A stretch of DNA of 64,000 nucleotides from an uncultured bacterium (lineage in GTDB: Bacteria; Actinomycetota; Actinomycetes; JAVEEB01). The notes under the pieces are model-generated. The model was not told the origin of the DNA. It made no database searches and saw only the letters and a list, made by a program, of their open reading frames with translations. Position 1 is the stretch's first letter. The number at the start of each line of letters is the position of its first letter. Location: NCBI GenBank assembly GCA_964236265.1, contig CAXSDE010000010.1, forward strand, positions 2,826 to 66,825. Reading direction: 5' to 3'. This document shows, piece by piece, positions 9,198 to 18,640 of the stretch. Both the position numbers and the translations under genes were made by a program.

Positions 9198-11042
9198 TCA
9201 GCCGAGCCCCGTCTGCACCGCGGTGAGCAGCTCGCTCGTGGTCGTGTCGCCGCCGAGCTCCCAGACGAAGGCGCCGCCGAGGCCCTGGTTCTTGGCGTAC
9301 GTCATCTTGCCGGTGATCGTCGCCGGTGTGTCGTAGCCCCACCACTGCCCGTTCTGGAAGCAGTACGCGGTGCCGCCGACCGTGCCGTTCGCGGGGCAGG
9401 ATGTCTTGAGCACCTTGTAGGTTTCAATGCCGTTCTCGGTCGTGCCCGGTGCCGGTCCCGTCGCGGAGCCACCCGGTGCGGCCTGCGTCACGCCCTGCCA
9501 GCCACGGCCGTAGAAGCCGATGCCCAGCAGGATCTTCGACGCCGGCACCCCCTTGCTCTTGAGCTTCTGCACCGCCGCGTCGGCGTAGAAGCCCGGCGTC
9601 GGAATGCCCGCGTACGACGTGAGTGGCGAGTGCGGCGCCGTCGGGCCGGTCGGGCTGAAAGCACCGAAGTAGTCGTACGTCATCGGGTCGATCCAGTCGA
9701 GGTAGGGCACCGCGCTGGCGTAGTCCGCCTTGTCGATGTTGCCGCCTGTCGTGCCGTCGGCGGTGATGGCTGCCGTCACGAGCTTGCTGGATCCGAAGCG
9801 GTTGCGCAGCGCGACGACGACGTTCGTGAAGGCGGCCGGCCCGGACGAGTCGCACTGCAGGCCGCACGCGTTGGGGTATTCCCAGTCGATGTCGATCCCG
9901 TCGAACACACCGGTCCAGCGCGGGTCGTTGACGACGTTGTAGCAGCTGTCAGCGAAAGCCGTCGGGTTGGCCGCGGCCTGCGTGAAGCCGGCTGACCATG
10001 TCCAACCACCGAACGAATACAGGACTTTCAGGCCGGGGTGCTTGGCCTTCAGCTCACGCAGCTGGTTGAAGCTGCCGCGCAGCGCGCCCGCATCCCACGT
10101 GTCGGCGACGCCGCTGACACTGTCGGCCGCGGCGTACGCCTGGTCGTAGTCGGCGTAGCTGTCACCCACGGAGCAGACCCCGTTGGCCGTGTTGCCGAAT
10201 GCGTAGACGATGTGCGTCAGTTTCGCCGCGGCGCCGGACGTCTCGATGTTCTTCACGAAGTATTTCGGGGCGTAGACGCCCCACTCCGTGAAGTAGCCGA
10301 CGACCTTCTTCGCGCCCGTGCTCGGCGGCGCGGTGGTTGTCGGCGTCGCGGTGGGCGTCGGCGTCGTGCTGGTCGTCGTACACGGGCCTTTGTCGACCCA
10401 CACGCCGGAGCCGCCGGTGCTCGGTGCCTCGCCCTGCGTCCACCACTTCGCCGTCCACTTGTGGCCGTTGTAGGTCACGCTCTGGTTGGCGGTGTAGACC
10501 GTCGCACTGGCGTAGGCCGGTGCACCCGCGCAGCTCGTCCCCGTGGTGGCGGTCGGGGTCGGGGTCGGCGTCACGGTCGGGGGGGTGCTGCCGGGGCCGG
10601 ACAGGGAGAAGTCGTCGCCGTTGTAGGTGCCCTGGCCATACCAGCCGTGGAGATAGACGGTGACCGCCTTCGTGGTCGCAGCCGTCGTGAAAGTGATGGA
10701 CAGCAGGCTGTACGACGCTGCCGCCGGCGTCCACGTCGACACCTCTGACATGCCGGTGCCCGTGGCGCCGATGTAGACGTAGTTGCCGCGGACGTAGCCG
10801 GCGAAGGTGTAGACCGTGTTGGGCTGCACCGTCACCGTCTGGCTGCACTGCGCGGTGTCACTCGCCGCTCCGGCGACGGCCTTCGTGCCGCCATGCACCG
10901 GCGTCGTGACGACGCTGCCGAGGCTGCACGTCCACGGGCTCACCGCGCCGGTCTCGAAGCCGGGGTTGGTGAGGAGCTCGACGGCGTGGGCGGATGGGAT
11001 CACGGCGGACATGAGCCCCGCGGTGAGCGCGAAGGCGGCCAC
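9198..11042 (-). CDS. Secreted GH18 chitinase with N-terminal CBM4/9-like sugar-binding module and CBM5/12 chitin-binding domain
   Basis: Signal peptide ending AHA; AYASATVYTANQSVTYNGHKWTAKWWTQGEAP (CBM5/12); Thr/Pro linkers; catalytic DGIDIDWEYP motif. GTG start, with an in-frame stop just upstream. Confidence 0.9.
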   Translation of the reverse strand: MAAFALTAGLMSAVIPSAHAVELLTNPGFETGAVSPWTCSLGSVVTTPVHGGTKAVAGAASDTAQCSQTVTVQPNTVYTFAGYVRGNYVYIGATGTGMSEVSTWTPAAASYSLLSITFTTAATTKAVTVYLHGWYGQGTYNGDDFSLSGPGSTPPTVTPTPTPTATTGTSCAGAPAYASATVYTANQSVTYNGHKWTAKWWTQGEAPSTGGSGVWVDKGPCTTTSTTPTPTATPTTTAPPSTGAKKVVGYFTEWGVYAPKYFVKNIETSGAAAKLTHIVYAFGNTANGVCSVGDSYADYDQAYAAADSVSGVADTWDAGALRGSFNQLRELKAKHPGLKVLYSFGGWTWSAGFTQAAANPTAFADSCYNVVNDPRWTGVFDGIDIDWEYPNACGLQCDSSGPAAFTNVVVALRNRFGSSKLVTAAITADGTTGGNIDKADYASAVPYLDWIDPMTYDYFGAFSPTGPTAPHSPLTSYAGIPTPGFYADAAVQKLKSKGVPASKILLGIGFYGRGWQGVTQAAPGGSATGPAPGTTENGIETYKVLKTSCPANGTVGGTAYCFQNGQWWGYDTPATITGKMTYAKNQGLGGAFVWELGGDTTTSELLTAVQTGLG

Positions 11043-11120
11043 GCCGGCAACCTTCCGCAGCCGCGACGCGCGCGGTGTCGATGCCTGGAATGTACGGGCG
11101 ATCTCCCTACCTGGAAGGCG

Positions 11121-11136
11121 AATGGTCTACACCAAT
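11121..11136. promoter_or_regulatory. dre-like (DasR/GntR-HutC responsive element) palindrome 1 upstream of the chitinase gene
   Basis: AATGGTCTACACCAAT matches the Streptomyces dre consensus A(G/C)TGGTCTAGACCA(G/C)T at 13/16 positions (core TGGTCTACACCA, 11/12). Lies about 80 bp upstream of the chitinase start. Confidence 0.5.
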
Positions 11137-11162
11137 TGGACGACAATGGGCCTGTGCCGTCG

Positions 11163-11180
11163 CATTGGTCAAGACCAATC
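11163..11180. promoter_or_regulatory. dre-like palindrome 2 upstream of the chitinase gene
   Basis: CATTGGTCAAGACCAATC, core TGGTCAAGACCA (11/12 to the dre core). Lies about 125 bp upstream of the chitinase start. Confidence 0.5.
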
Positions 11181-11271
11181 CAGCAGAGATTTTCGGGGGA
11201 ACCGCCGAGACTCGCACCAGCGCGCCGCTGCTGCGTGGGCCCGCAATAGTTCCGCAACGGGCGTCGGGACC

Positions 11272-12135
11272 TCAGCCCACGACGACGCCTAGGCCGCTCG
11301 CCTGCGAGAGCAGGTCGCGATAGGCCCCCTCGGTGGTCGTCTCGCAGCCGATCCGGTGGCCGGTGCTCGCGCCGTGATCGTCGCTCGACCCCGTGACGAA
11401 CAGCCCGAGGTCGGCGGCGAGCCGGCGCAGGCGCGCGCGGTCCTCCGGCGTGTGATCGGGGTGGTCGACCTCGAGCCCGGCGAGCCCGTACGCCGCGAGG
11501 TCGGCGATGTCGGCATCGGTCACCACGGGCCCCCGCTTGGCGGCGGCGGGATGAGCGAAAACGGGCACCCCGCCGGCGGCGCGCACGAGCGCCACGGCCC
11601 GGGCGGCGTCCAACGTGTATTTCTCCGTGTACGCGCGCCCGCCCAACCCGATCCACTCCGGGGTGAAGGCGGCCGCGAGGTCGGGCACGACACCCGCGTC
11701 GACGAGGGCGCGCGCCACATGGGGGCGCCCGACGGAGGTCGCGTCGCCGGCGATGGCGGCGACCTGCGCGCGCGAGATGGGCGCCCCGAGGGCGGTCAGC
11801 GTGTCGACCATGGCGCTCGCCCGCCGTTCGCGGTCGGTGGCCAGCGCATAGCGCTCGCCGGCGAAGACCGCCTCGGACGGGTCGAACAGGTAGGCGAGGA
11901 GATGCAGGTCGACCCGGGCACCGGTGCTCGAGTCCATCGCGCACGAGATTTCCGCACCGCTGACGAAGGTCTGGCCGGGCGCCAGCGCCCCGACGGCGGC
12001 CGACCAGCCGTCGGTCGTGTCGTGGTCGGTCAGCGCCACCACGTCGACGCCCGCCCGTGCGGCGAGCCGCATGACGTCAGCCGGGGGATCTGTTCCGTCG
12101 GACACGGACGAGTGGGTGTGAAGGTCGATGCGCAC
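11272..12135 (-). CDS. PHP-domain metal-dependent phosphoesterase (TrpH/YciV-like)
   Basis: MRIDLHTHSSVSDG...HP...DHPDHTP, the typical PHP histidine/aspartate metal-binding motifs. Confidence 0.85.
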   Translation of the reverse strand: MRIDLHTHSSVSDGTDPPADVMRLAARAGVDVVALTDHDTTDGWSAAVGALAPGQTFVSGAEISCAMDSSTGARVDLHLLAYLFDPSEAVFAGERYALATDRERRASAMVDTLTALGAPISRAQVAAIAGDATSVGRPHVARALVDAGVVPDLAAAFTPEWIGLGGRAYTEKYTLDAARAVALVRAAGGVPVFAHPAAAKRGPVVTDADIADLAAYGLAGLEVDHPDHTPEDRARLRRLAADLGLFVTGSSDDHGASTGHRIGCETTTEGAYRDLLSQASGLGVVVG

Positions 12136-12213
12136 CCGGGCAACGGTAGCCGCCGGCGCGACCGCGCCGTCAACACGGAAGCCCTCAGCGCGTGAGCCGT
12201 CAGCCGTCAGCCG

Positions 12214-12846
12214 TCAGCCCGGAAGACTCATGTGCGGCGATGGAGCGCCGCACACGATGGACTCACGCGCCGGCCGGTTGTCGCGCAGATCGGTCAACGT
12301 CAACTGGTCGAGCAGCAGCACGCTCGCCGCGGGGGGCCAGACGACGACCCACAGCCACAGGCCGAGCGCCTCGCCGACGTACGCGAGACGGTCCTGCGCC
12401 GACGGCACGCACCACAGGGGGCAGGCGTGCCCGTCGGCCTCGATGTGCGCGGCTGCTGGCGTTTCGAAGACGTTCCCGGGATCCACCCCGTCGAGTCCGG
12501 CAAACCGCGCCCCCAGCCCGACCCCCGGCTCCTCCGCCACAAGGAGCAGGTCGACCGGGCCGCCGGAGGGGTTGGGACCGGAGAAGCAGAGGGCGCTCGC
12601 GCGCGTGCCACGCGTGTCGTCACCACAGTGACCGAAACCGCTGACGGTCCAGCCGATCATCGACGGGTACGGCACCCACCACGGCGCCTGTGACCGCGAA
12701 GACACCGCGTCGAGCGCCTCCCGGCTGGCCTTGGCAGTCAGGTGAAAAGGCAGTACGTCGCCGTGCCGGTCGCACTGCCAGGCACTCGACCACAAACCCG
12801 GCTCGCGCACCGGCCCACCGCAGCGCGGGCACGTGGGTGGCCTCAT
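12214..12846 (-). CDS. Conserved actinobacterial hypothetical protein with N-terminal CPRCGG zinc-ribbon-like motif
   Basis: ORF 12214..12957. Start chosen at MRPPTCPRCGG; an upstream start at 12888 is possible. Divergent from the NUDIX gene. Confidence 0.45.
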   Translation of the reverse strand: MRPPTCPRCGGPVREPGLWSSAWQCDRHGDVLPFHLTAKASREALDAVSSRSQAPWWVPYPSMIGWTVSGFGHCGDDTRGTRASALCFSGPNPSGGPVDLLLVAEEPGVGLGARFAGLDGVDPGNVFETPAAAHIEADGHACPLWCVPSAQDRLAYVGEALGLWLWVVVWPPAASVLLLDQLTLTDLRDNRPARESIVCGAPSPHMSLPG

Positions 12847-12897
12847 GCAGTCACGGTCCGCCCGCACAGCGAACGCGTCAACCCTCATGCTGGCGGG

Positions 12898-13323
12898 ATG
12901 ACGTCGTCCGCCTCGAAGCCCGTCGCGTGCGTCGGCGCGGTGGTCCGTGATGCCCACGGCCGGTGGCTGCTGGTGCGCCGCGGCACGGAGCCGGGGCGGG
13001 GGCAGTGGTCCGTGCCGGGCGGTCGCGTCGAGGCCGGCGAGTTGCCGACGCGCGCCGTCGCGCGCGAAGTGCTCGAGGAGACGGGGGTCGTGGTCAGGGT
13101 CGGCAGGATCGTCGGGGTGGTCGAGCGTGCCGGACCGGGCGGGGTGTCGTACGAGATCACGGATTTTCTCTGTACGCCGGACCCAGTCGACCGCGTGAGC
13201 GTGCCCGTGGCCGGCGACGACGCCGACGAGGCGCGCTGGGTGCCGGGCGACGAGATGGAGTCGTACGACCTCGTGGCAGGTCTGCTCGACGCGCTCCGCG
13301 ACTGGGGCCTGTTGCGCGGCTAG
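12898..13323 (+). CDS. NUDIX hydrolase (MutT-like)
   Basis: Nudix box GGRVEAGELPTRAVAREVLEETGV. Start taken at MTSSASKPVACVGAVVRD; the upstream part of the track ORF is non-coding-like. Confidence 0.85.
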   Translation: MTSSASKPVACVGAVVRDAHGRWLLVRRGTEPGRGQWSVPGGRVEAGELPTRAVAREVLEETGVVVRVGRIVGVVERAGPGGVSYEITDFLCTPDPVDRVSVPVAGDDADEARWVPGDEMESYDLVAGLLDALRDWGLLRG

Positions 13324-13985
13324 AGCTTGGCCGCCGCGAAGTCGAACTTCTCCGGCGTGAATGCCTTCCCCTTCGTCAGGTACGCGACGGTGATGTCCTC
13401 GTGGTTGGCCAGCTTGACCGCGTTGGGGTCGCCGGTGACGGCCTCGCCGTTCACATACACCTTGAGCTCATGCGAGTCGTCAGCGCAGAGGTTGGCCAGG
13501 CACGTCGCGGTCAGCGGGACGTTCCACTCCTTGAAGACCTGGCCGAGCGTGAAGTCGGCCTGCTTCTCCGACTCGATGTGGATGACGCCCGAGTCGTCGT
13601 GGGTGTGCAGCGGGGACAGGCCGACACCCTCCTGGATGCCCAGAAGGGCCGGGACCGTGACGGGGGTGCCGTCGTTGCTGACCTGGAGGTGGGAGTGGAT
13701 GTGGAACTGGAGCATCTCCTGGCCCAGCACCTGCAAGCCGGCGTTGTGGACGGCCGTCGTCACCGCTGACCCGGTCGGCGCCGGGAAGCTGACCGCCTGC
13801 CCCGGCTGTGCCACGACGGGGGCCGCGGCGGGCTTCTTCCGGAGGCCCAGGACCACGAACGCGATGACGACACCGACCGCGACGACGGTGCCGACCGTGA
13901 TGGCGATCAGCCGGCGGCGGCGGTCGGAGCGCTGAGCCTGGTTGCGCAGCTCCGCGGCCCGCAGTTGAGCCGGGGTGCGCTTGTC
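13320..13985 (-). CDS. Membrane-anchored hypothetical protein (single N-terminal TM helix, extracytoplasmic C-terminal domain)
   Basis: The C-terminal 220 aa of ORF 13320..14528 are protein-like (TM helix LIAITVGTVVAVGVVIAFVVLGL). GTG start at 13985. The N-terminal 180 aa of the track ORF are antisense noise. Confidence 0.5.
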   Translation of the reverse strand, partial: DKRTPAQLRAAELRNQAQRSDRRRRLIAITVGTVVAVGVVIAFVVLGLRKKPAAAPVVAQPGQAVSFPAPTGSAVTTAVHNAGLQVLGQEMLQFHIHSHLQVSNDGTPVTVPALLGIQEGVGLSPLHTHDDSGVIHIESEKQADFTLGQVFKEWNVPLTATCLANLCADDSHELKVYVNGEAVTGDPNAVKLANHEDITVAYLTKGKAFTPEKFDFAAAKL

Positions 13986-14136
13986 ATTCGGTGTCGCCAC
14001 GAGCCGCCCTTTCACAGGAGTCGGCGGCCATTCTCGCAGAGCAACCTGGGTGCCGGCGCGTGAGAGGCTGGGCGGCGTGCCAACCGCCGACCCCGACCGT
14101 GCCGCACCGCCCGACGCGGGGGCGCTGGACGCCGCC

Positions 14137-14496
14137 ATGCGCAAGCGCGCGGTGGTGTGGCTGAGCGTCGCCGGCCAGCGCCCATGCCTCGTGTGGCCGC
14201 TCTGGCACGACCGCACCCTGTATGTGCTGCACGGCGGCGCCGAGCAGTCGGCACCGGGCTTGGCGGAGGCCGCGCGCGGGGCGCTCGCCGTCACCGTCGC
14301 GGTGCCGTCGGCGGGCGCCCGCGAGCTGCTGCTCGAGTGGACCGCGACTGCGCGCGACGTCCCGGCCGGCGGCGTCGAGTGGCTGCGGATCGTGCCGCTC
14401 CTGCTGCCGAAACGGCTCAACCTCCGCGAGCCCGCCACGGCCGTTGAGCGCTGGGCGCGGGACTGCGCGATCACCGCGCTGACTCCGGCCGCGTAG
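14137..14496 (+). CDS. Hypothetical protein
   Basis: Internal ATG (MRKRAVVWLSV) of ORF 13975..14496. It is the only coding-like frame in this gap. Weak call. Confidence 0.35.
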   Translation: MRKRAVVWLSVAGQRPCLVWPLWHDRTLYVLHGGAEQSAPGLAEAARGALAVTVAVPSAGARELLLEWTATARDVPAGGVEWLRIVPLLLPKRLNLREPATAVERWARDCAITALTPAA

Positions 14497-14581
14497 GCCA
14501 CGCCCGCGTCGCCGCCGACGCGACGCACCAGATGGCTGTACGACGCCTGCGGAGGCGCCGCTACCGGGTAGCCTGCCCAGC

Positions 14582-15862
14582 GTGAGCAGCCTCCCTTCGC
14601 GCGTCTTCGTCTCGCGCCTCGCCGGACTGACCGTCCTGGACCCCACGGGGGACCAGGTCGGCCGCCTGCGCGACGTCGTGGTCGCGATGCGCATCGGGAC
14701 GGAGTCGCCCCGGGCCCTGGGGATCGTCGTCGAGATCCAGCAGCGACGCACGATCTTCGTGCCGATGGGCCGCCTCACCGGCATCGACAGCGAGGCCGTC
14801 GTGTTGTCCAGCGGCACCGTGAGCGTGCGGCGCTTCGACAAGCGATCCGGGGAGTCACTCGCGATCGCGGACCTGTTCGACCGCAGCGTGGAGCTCGTCG
14901 AGGATGGCTCCACCACGCCCCGCCCCGTCGTCGTCGTCGACCTCGGCATGGAGCAGAACCGGGCACGCGACTGGCTCGTCACCCGCGTGGCCGTCTCCGA
15001 GCCGGGTCGCCGCCTGCGTCGCCGCGGTCCGATCACCCAGGTGTCGTGGGACGAGGTGCGCGGCCTGTCCCTGCCGCAGGGCCGCCAGGGTGCCGACAAC
15101 CTCCTCGCGGTGTTCGACAAGCTGCGCCCCGCCGACCTCGCCAACGTCATCCAGGACCTGCCGACCAAGCGCCGCGTGGAAGTGGCCGAAGCCCTCGACG
15201 ACGACCGGCTCGCGCAGGTGCTCGCCGAGCTGCCGGAGGACGACCAGCTCGAGATCCTGCAGGCACTCAGCGGGGAACGAGCGGCCGACGTGCTCGAGGC
15301 GATGGGGCCCGATGACGCCGCCGACATCCTGTCCGAGCTGCCGGCGGCCGAGCAGGAGAAGCTCCTCGAGCTGATGCAACCCGAGGACGCGGCGCCGCTG
15401 CGCCGCCTGCTCACCTACGACGTCTACAGCGCCGGCGGCATGATGACGCCCGAGCCGGTGATCCTGCCGCCCAACGCCACCGTCGCCGACGCCCTCGCCC
15501 GGGTCCGCGACCCCGCCGTCAGCCCCGCCCTGGCCTCGGTCGTCTACGTCTGCCGGTCCCCCATGACGACGCCGACCGGCAAATACCTGGGCATGGCGCA
15601 CGTCCAGCGCCTCCTGCGCGAGCCGCCGTCGGCGCAGATCGCCGGCATCCTGGACACCGACATCGAGCCCCTCGGCCCCGACGCGACGCTCGCGGCGGTG
15701 ACCGCCTACCTGGCGACGTACAACCTCGTCGCCGTCCCGATCGTCGACTCCGACGACCACCTCCTCGGCGCCGTCAGCGTGGACGACGTGCTCGACCACC
15801 TCCTGCCCGACGGCTGGCGGGAACGCGGGATGACGCGGGTGGTGACGAATGGCGAAAAGTGA
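14582..15862 (+). CDS. MgtE N-terminal domain / CBS-pair domain protein (Mg2+ transporter MgtE intracellular-domain homolog)
   Basis: Acidic helical MgtE_N region (DDDRLAQVLAELPEDDQLEILQAL) followed by two CBS motifs. Confidence 0.85.
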   Translation: MSSLPSRVFVSRLAGLTVLDPTGDQVGRLRDVVVAMRIGTESPRALGIVVEIQQRRTIFVPMGRLTGIDSEAVVLSSGTVSVRRFDKRSGESLAIADLFDRSVELVEDGSTTPRPVVVVDLGMEQNRARDWLVTRVAVSEPGRRLRRRGPITQVSWDEVRGLSLPQGRQGADNLLAVFDKLRPADLANVIQDLPTKRRVEVAEALDDDRLAQVLAELPEDDQLEILQALSGERAADVLEAMGPDDAADILSELPAAEQEKLLELMQPEDAAPLRRLLTYDVYSAGGMMTPEPVILPPNATVADALARVRDPAVSPALASVVYVCRSPMTTPTGKYLGMAHVQRLLREPPSAQIAGILDTDIEPLGPDATLAAVTAYLATYNLVAVPIVDSDDHLLGAVSVDDVLDHLLPDGWRERGMTRVVTNGEK

Positions 15863-16394
15863 GGTCCCCCGGACCCGCCGTCCCGAACGCCGCCTCGACC
15901 AGCCGCGGGAGCGGATGGGCCGCTCGTGGCGCCCGACCTACGACGCGGATGCGTTCGGCCGCTATTCGGAACGCGTTGCCCGCTTCATCGGCACCGGCAA
16001 GTTCCTGATCTACATGACGGTCTTCGTGACCGTCTGGGTGGCGTGGAACGTGCTCCTGCCGCGTGCCCTGCGGTTCGACCGATTCCCGTTCATCTTCCTG
16101 ACGCTCGCGCTGTCCTTGCAGGCGTCGTACGCCGCGCCCCTGATCCTGCTGGCGCAGAACCGGCAGGCCGACCGCGACCGGGTCCAGCAGCAGGAGGACC
16201 GGACGCAGAACGAGCGCACCCTGGCGGACATGGAATACCTCGCGCGCGAGGTTGCCGCCATCCGCATCTCCATGGGTGAGGTCGCCACGCGCGACTTCAT
16301 CCGCCAGGAGCTCCAGCGCCTGCGCGAGGACGTGGTCGACGACATCGAGGACGGCGCCGCGCTCGACCAGCCGCAGGGCCGCTCGTCCGCCTGA
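15849..16394 (+). CDS. DUF1003 family membrane protein
   Basis: Two TM helices and the conserved LQASYAAPLILLAQNRQADRDR motif. Confidence 0.8.
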   Translation: MAKSEVPRTRRPERRLDQPRERMGRSWRPTYDADAFGRYSERVARFIGTGKFLIYMTVFVTVWVAWNVLLPRALRFDRFPFIFLTLALSLQASYAAPLILLAQNRQADRDRVQQQEDRTQNERTLADMEYLAREVAAIRISMGEVATRDFIRQELQRLREDVVDDIEDGAALDQPQGRSSA

Positions 16395-16474
16395 GCGTGT
16401 CGACGCGGGTCCGCGGGTGGCAGGGGGCGCCGTAGCATGGGCGGGTCACCCCTTCCTGCCCTCACCGAGGTCCC

Positions 16475-17599
16475 ATGCTGCCCACGCACGAAGCGATCAC
16501 CGCCGCACTCGCCACGGTGCAGGACCCAGAGATCCACCAGCCGATCACCGAGCTCGAGATGGTCAAGGGCATCACCGTGGCCGAGGACGGCTCGGTGCTC
16601 GTCGAGGTCTTCCTCACGGTCAGCGGCTGCCCGATGCGCGACCGCATCACGGCGGATGTCACGGCCGCGGTCCTGACGGTCCCGGGAGTCACGGGCGTGC
16701 GCGTCGACCTCGACGTGATGACCGACGAGCAGCGCGCGGGCCTGCAGACCAAGCTCCGCGGGGGCGTCGCCAAGGCGGAGATCCCTTTCGTCAAGCCCGA
16801 GTCGCTGACGCGCGTGTTTGCGATCGCGAGCGGCAAGGGCGGGGTCGGCAAGTCCTCCGTCACGGCCAACCTGGCGGCCGCGATGGTCGCGCAGGGACTG
16901 AAGGTCGGTGTCGTCGATGCCGACATCCACGGCCACTCGATCCCGCGGATGCTCGGGGTGGACGCGCGGCCGACGAAGGTCCAAAACATGATCATGCCGC
17001 CGGCCAAGCACGGCATGAAGGTCATGAGCATCGGCATGTTCACCGAGGGCAACTCGCCCGTCGTCTGGCGGGGGCCGATGCTCCACCGGGCGCTCGAGCA
17101 GTTCCTCGCCGACGTGTTCTGGGGCGACCTCGACGTGCTCCTTCTGGACCTCCCACCCGGCACTGGCGACATCGCCATCTCCGTCGCGCAGCTCGTGCCC
17201 AACGCCGAGGTCGTCGTCGTGACGACCCCGCAACTCGCCGCCTCCGAGGTCGCCGAGCGCGCCGGCGCCATCGCGCAGCAGACCAAACAGCGCATCGCCG
17301 GAGTCGTGGAAAACATGGCCGGCCTGCCGTGCCCGCACTGCGGTGAGCGCGTCGACGTCTTCGGCTCCGGTGGCGGCGCCCTCGTCGCCGCGACCTTGTC
17401 CGAAGCGATGGGCACCGATGTCCCGCTGCTCGGCAGCATCCCGATCGACATCCGGCTCCGCGAGGGCGGCGACGCCGGTTATCCCCTCGTGATGAGCGAC
17501 CCGGACGCCCCGGCCGCCAAGGAGTTGCGCGCCATCGCCGAGCGCCTCGTGAAGCCGCGCGGCCTCGTCGGCCGGCCGCTCAGCCTCTCGGTCGTCTAG
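16475..17599 (+). CDS. mrp: Mrp/ApbC Fe-S cluster carrier ATPase (Mrp/NBP35 family)
   Basis: Walker A GKGGVGKSS, CPHCG Cys motif, N-terminal DUF59/MIP18 domain. Syntenic with the Mtb Rv1229c region. Confidence 0.95.
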   Translation: MLPTHEAITAALATVQDPEIHQPITELEMVKGITVAEDGSVLVEVFLTVSGCPMRDRITADVTAAVLTVPGVTGVRVDLDVMTDEQRAGLQTKLRGGVAKAEIPFVKPESLTRVFAIASGKGGVGKSSVTANLAAAMVAQGLKVGVVDADIHGHSIPRMLGVDARPTKVQNMIMPPAKHGMKVMSIGMFTEGNSPVVWRGPMLHRALEQFLADVFWGDLDVLLLDLPPGTGDIAISVAQLVPNAEVVVVTTPQLAASEVAERAGAIAQQTKQRIAGVVENMAGLPCPHCGERVDVFGSGGGALVAATLSEAMGTDVPLLGSIPIDIRLREGGDAGYPLVMSDPDAPAAKELRAIAERLVKPRGLVGRPLSLSVV

Positions 17600-17640
17600 C
17601 TCCCCTGCGACCACCGCCCGCAGACGCCGCCGACCCTGCG

Positions 17641-17723
17641 GTCGCGGGGCTAGTTCGCGGGGCTAGGTCGCGGGGCTAGGTCGCGGGGCTAGGTCCGGGC
17701 TAGGTCAGGGCTAGGTCGCGTCC
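17641..17723. repeat. Intergenic 13-bp tandem repeat (GCGGGGCTAGGTC x4 plus 2 degenerate copies) between convergent mrp and tatB
   Basis: cgcggggctagttcgcggggctaggtcgcggggctaggtcgcggggctaggtccgggctaggtcagggctaggtc. Every unit carries a TAG codon. Confidence 0.85.
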
Positions 17724-18034
17724 GCGTCGAACGGCGGGTGCTCCCCCGGGGCGAGCCGGCGTTGCGCCGGCGGCCCGGGGGCCGGGACCTCGTCGTCGTC
17801 GTCGATCCCCGAGAAGAACTCCCGAGCGAGCGCCCGCGGGTGGAGCGCGGAGATGTCGTCGACACCCATCGTCTCGCGCAGGTCGACGGTCGCGTCGTTG
17901 GCCATCCGCCGCAACTGGCGGAACAGCCGTCCTGCGTCCTGCAGCAGCTTGGGCAGCCGGTCCGGCCCCACGACGAGGATGGCGACGACGAGCAGCAGCA
18001 CGACCTCGAGCGGACCGATGTTGCCGATGCCCAT
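17711..18034 (-). CDS. tatB: Twin-arginine translocase subunit TatB
   Basis: MGIGNIGPLEVVLLLVVAILVVGPDRLPKLL closely resembles Mtb TatB (Rv1224) and lies downstream of sigE-rseA. Confidence 0.85.
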   Translation of the reverse strand: MGIGNIGPLEVVLLLVVAILVVGPDRLPKLLQDAGRLFRQLRRMANDATVDLRETMGVDDISALHPRALAREFFSGIDDDDEVPAPGPPAQRRLAPGEHPPFDADAT

Positions 18035-18103
18035 GCTGCGCCACCTCCGTTGCGGGACAGCCTAGCTAGGCGCTGGGCGTTGCCGTCCACCCGGCCGGCG
18101 AGC

Positions 18104-18640
18104 TCAGGGACGCCCGAGGAAGCCGTAGCCGGGCAGCTGCCGGAACTGCGTGGAGCCGGGGACCCGGGCAAATCCCACCGTTTCGTACGACGAGGGATGC
18201 CCGCCGGTGTTGACCAACTCCGAGGGCAGCCGCGAGGTGTCGCTGGGCGCGGCCCAGACACCGAGGGCCAGCACGGAGGCACTGCCGACGAGGGCCGCGG
18301 ACAGCCGACGGCGGCGGCCGCTCACCCGGTGCAACCGGCGGCAGACGACGGCACGCGGTGGTGCCGGGGTCGGCATGGGCGACCGGACCAGTGCGAACGC
18401 CTCGGGGCTCGACAGCCCAGGAATCTGGGACAGTCGGTGCAGGAGCCCCGCCGGGACGTCCGGAACCGGGCCGGCAGTGCCCGTGAGCAGCGCTTTGGTC
18501 CGACGCTGACCGTCGACGGCCGCCCGACACTCAGCGCACCAGGCGCTGTGCGCAAGAGCGTGGTCACGATCGTCGTGAGCGAGCTCCCCGTCGGCCACCG
18601 CGGCGGCGACATCATCGAGGTGGCCGGCGTGGCCGCTCAT
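18104..18640 (-). CDS. rseA: Anti-sigma-E factor RseA (zinc-associated anti-sigma factor)
   Basis: HxxxCxxC motif ([11 protein letters not shown]). Overlaps the sigE stop by 4 bp. Confidence 0.75.
   Translation of the reverse strand: MSGHAGHLDDVAAAVADGELAHDDRDHALAHSAWCAECRAAVDGQRRTKALLTGTAGPVPDVPAGLLHRLSQIPGLSSPEAFALVRSPMPTPAPPRAVVCRRLHRVSGRRRRLSAALVGSASVLALGVWAAPSDTSRLPSELVNTGGHPSSYETVGFARVPGSTQFRQLPGYGFLGRP

Noticed and set aside
12150-12205. CCGTCAG heptamer x4 between the PHP gene start and the neighbouring gene end
   Set aside because: Very short microsatellite with no further structure. Not reported as a feature.
13984-15414. 476-aa minus-strand ORF
   Set aside because: It is Ser/Arg-rich low complexity and lies antisense to the well-supported MgtE-N/CBS gene and neighbours. 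A typical high-GC shadow ORF.
16010-17614. 534-aa minus-strand ORF
   Set aside because: Antisense to mrp/apbC, which has unambiguous Walker A and Cys motifs.
17641-17723. Possible CRISPR array (regular repeats)
   Set aside because: The units are only 13 bp, directly abutting with no spacers, and there are no cas genes. It is a simple tandem repeat.
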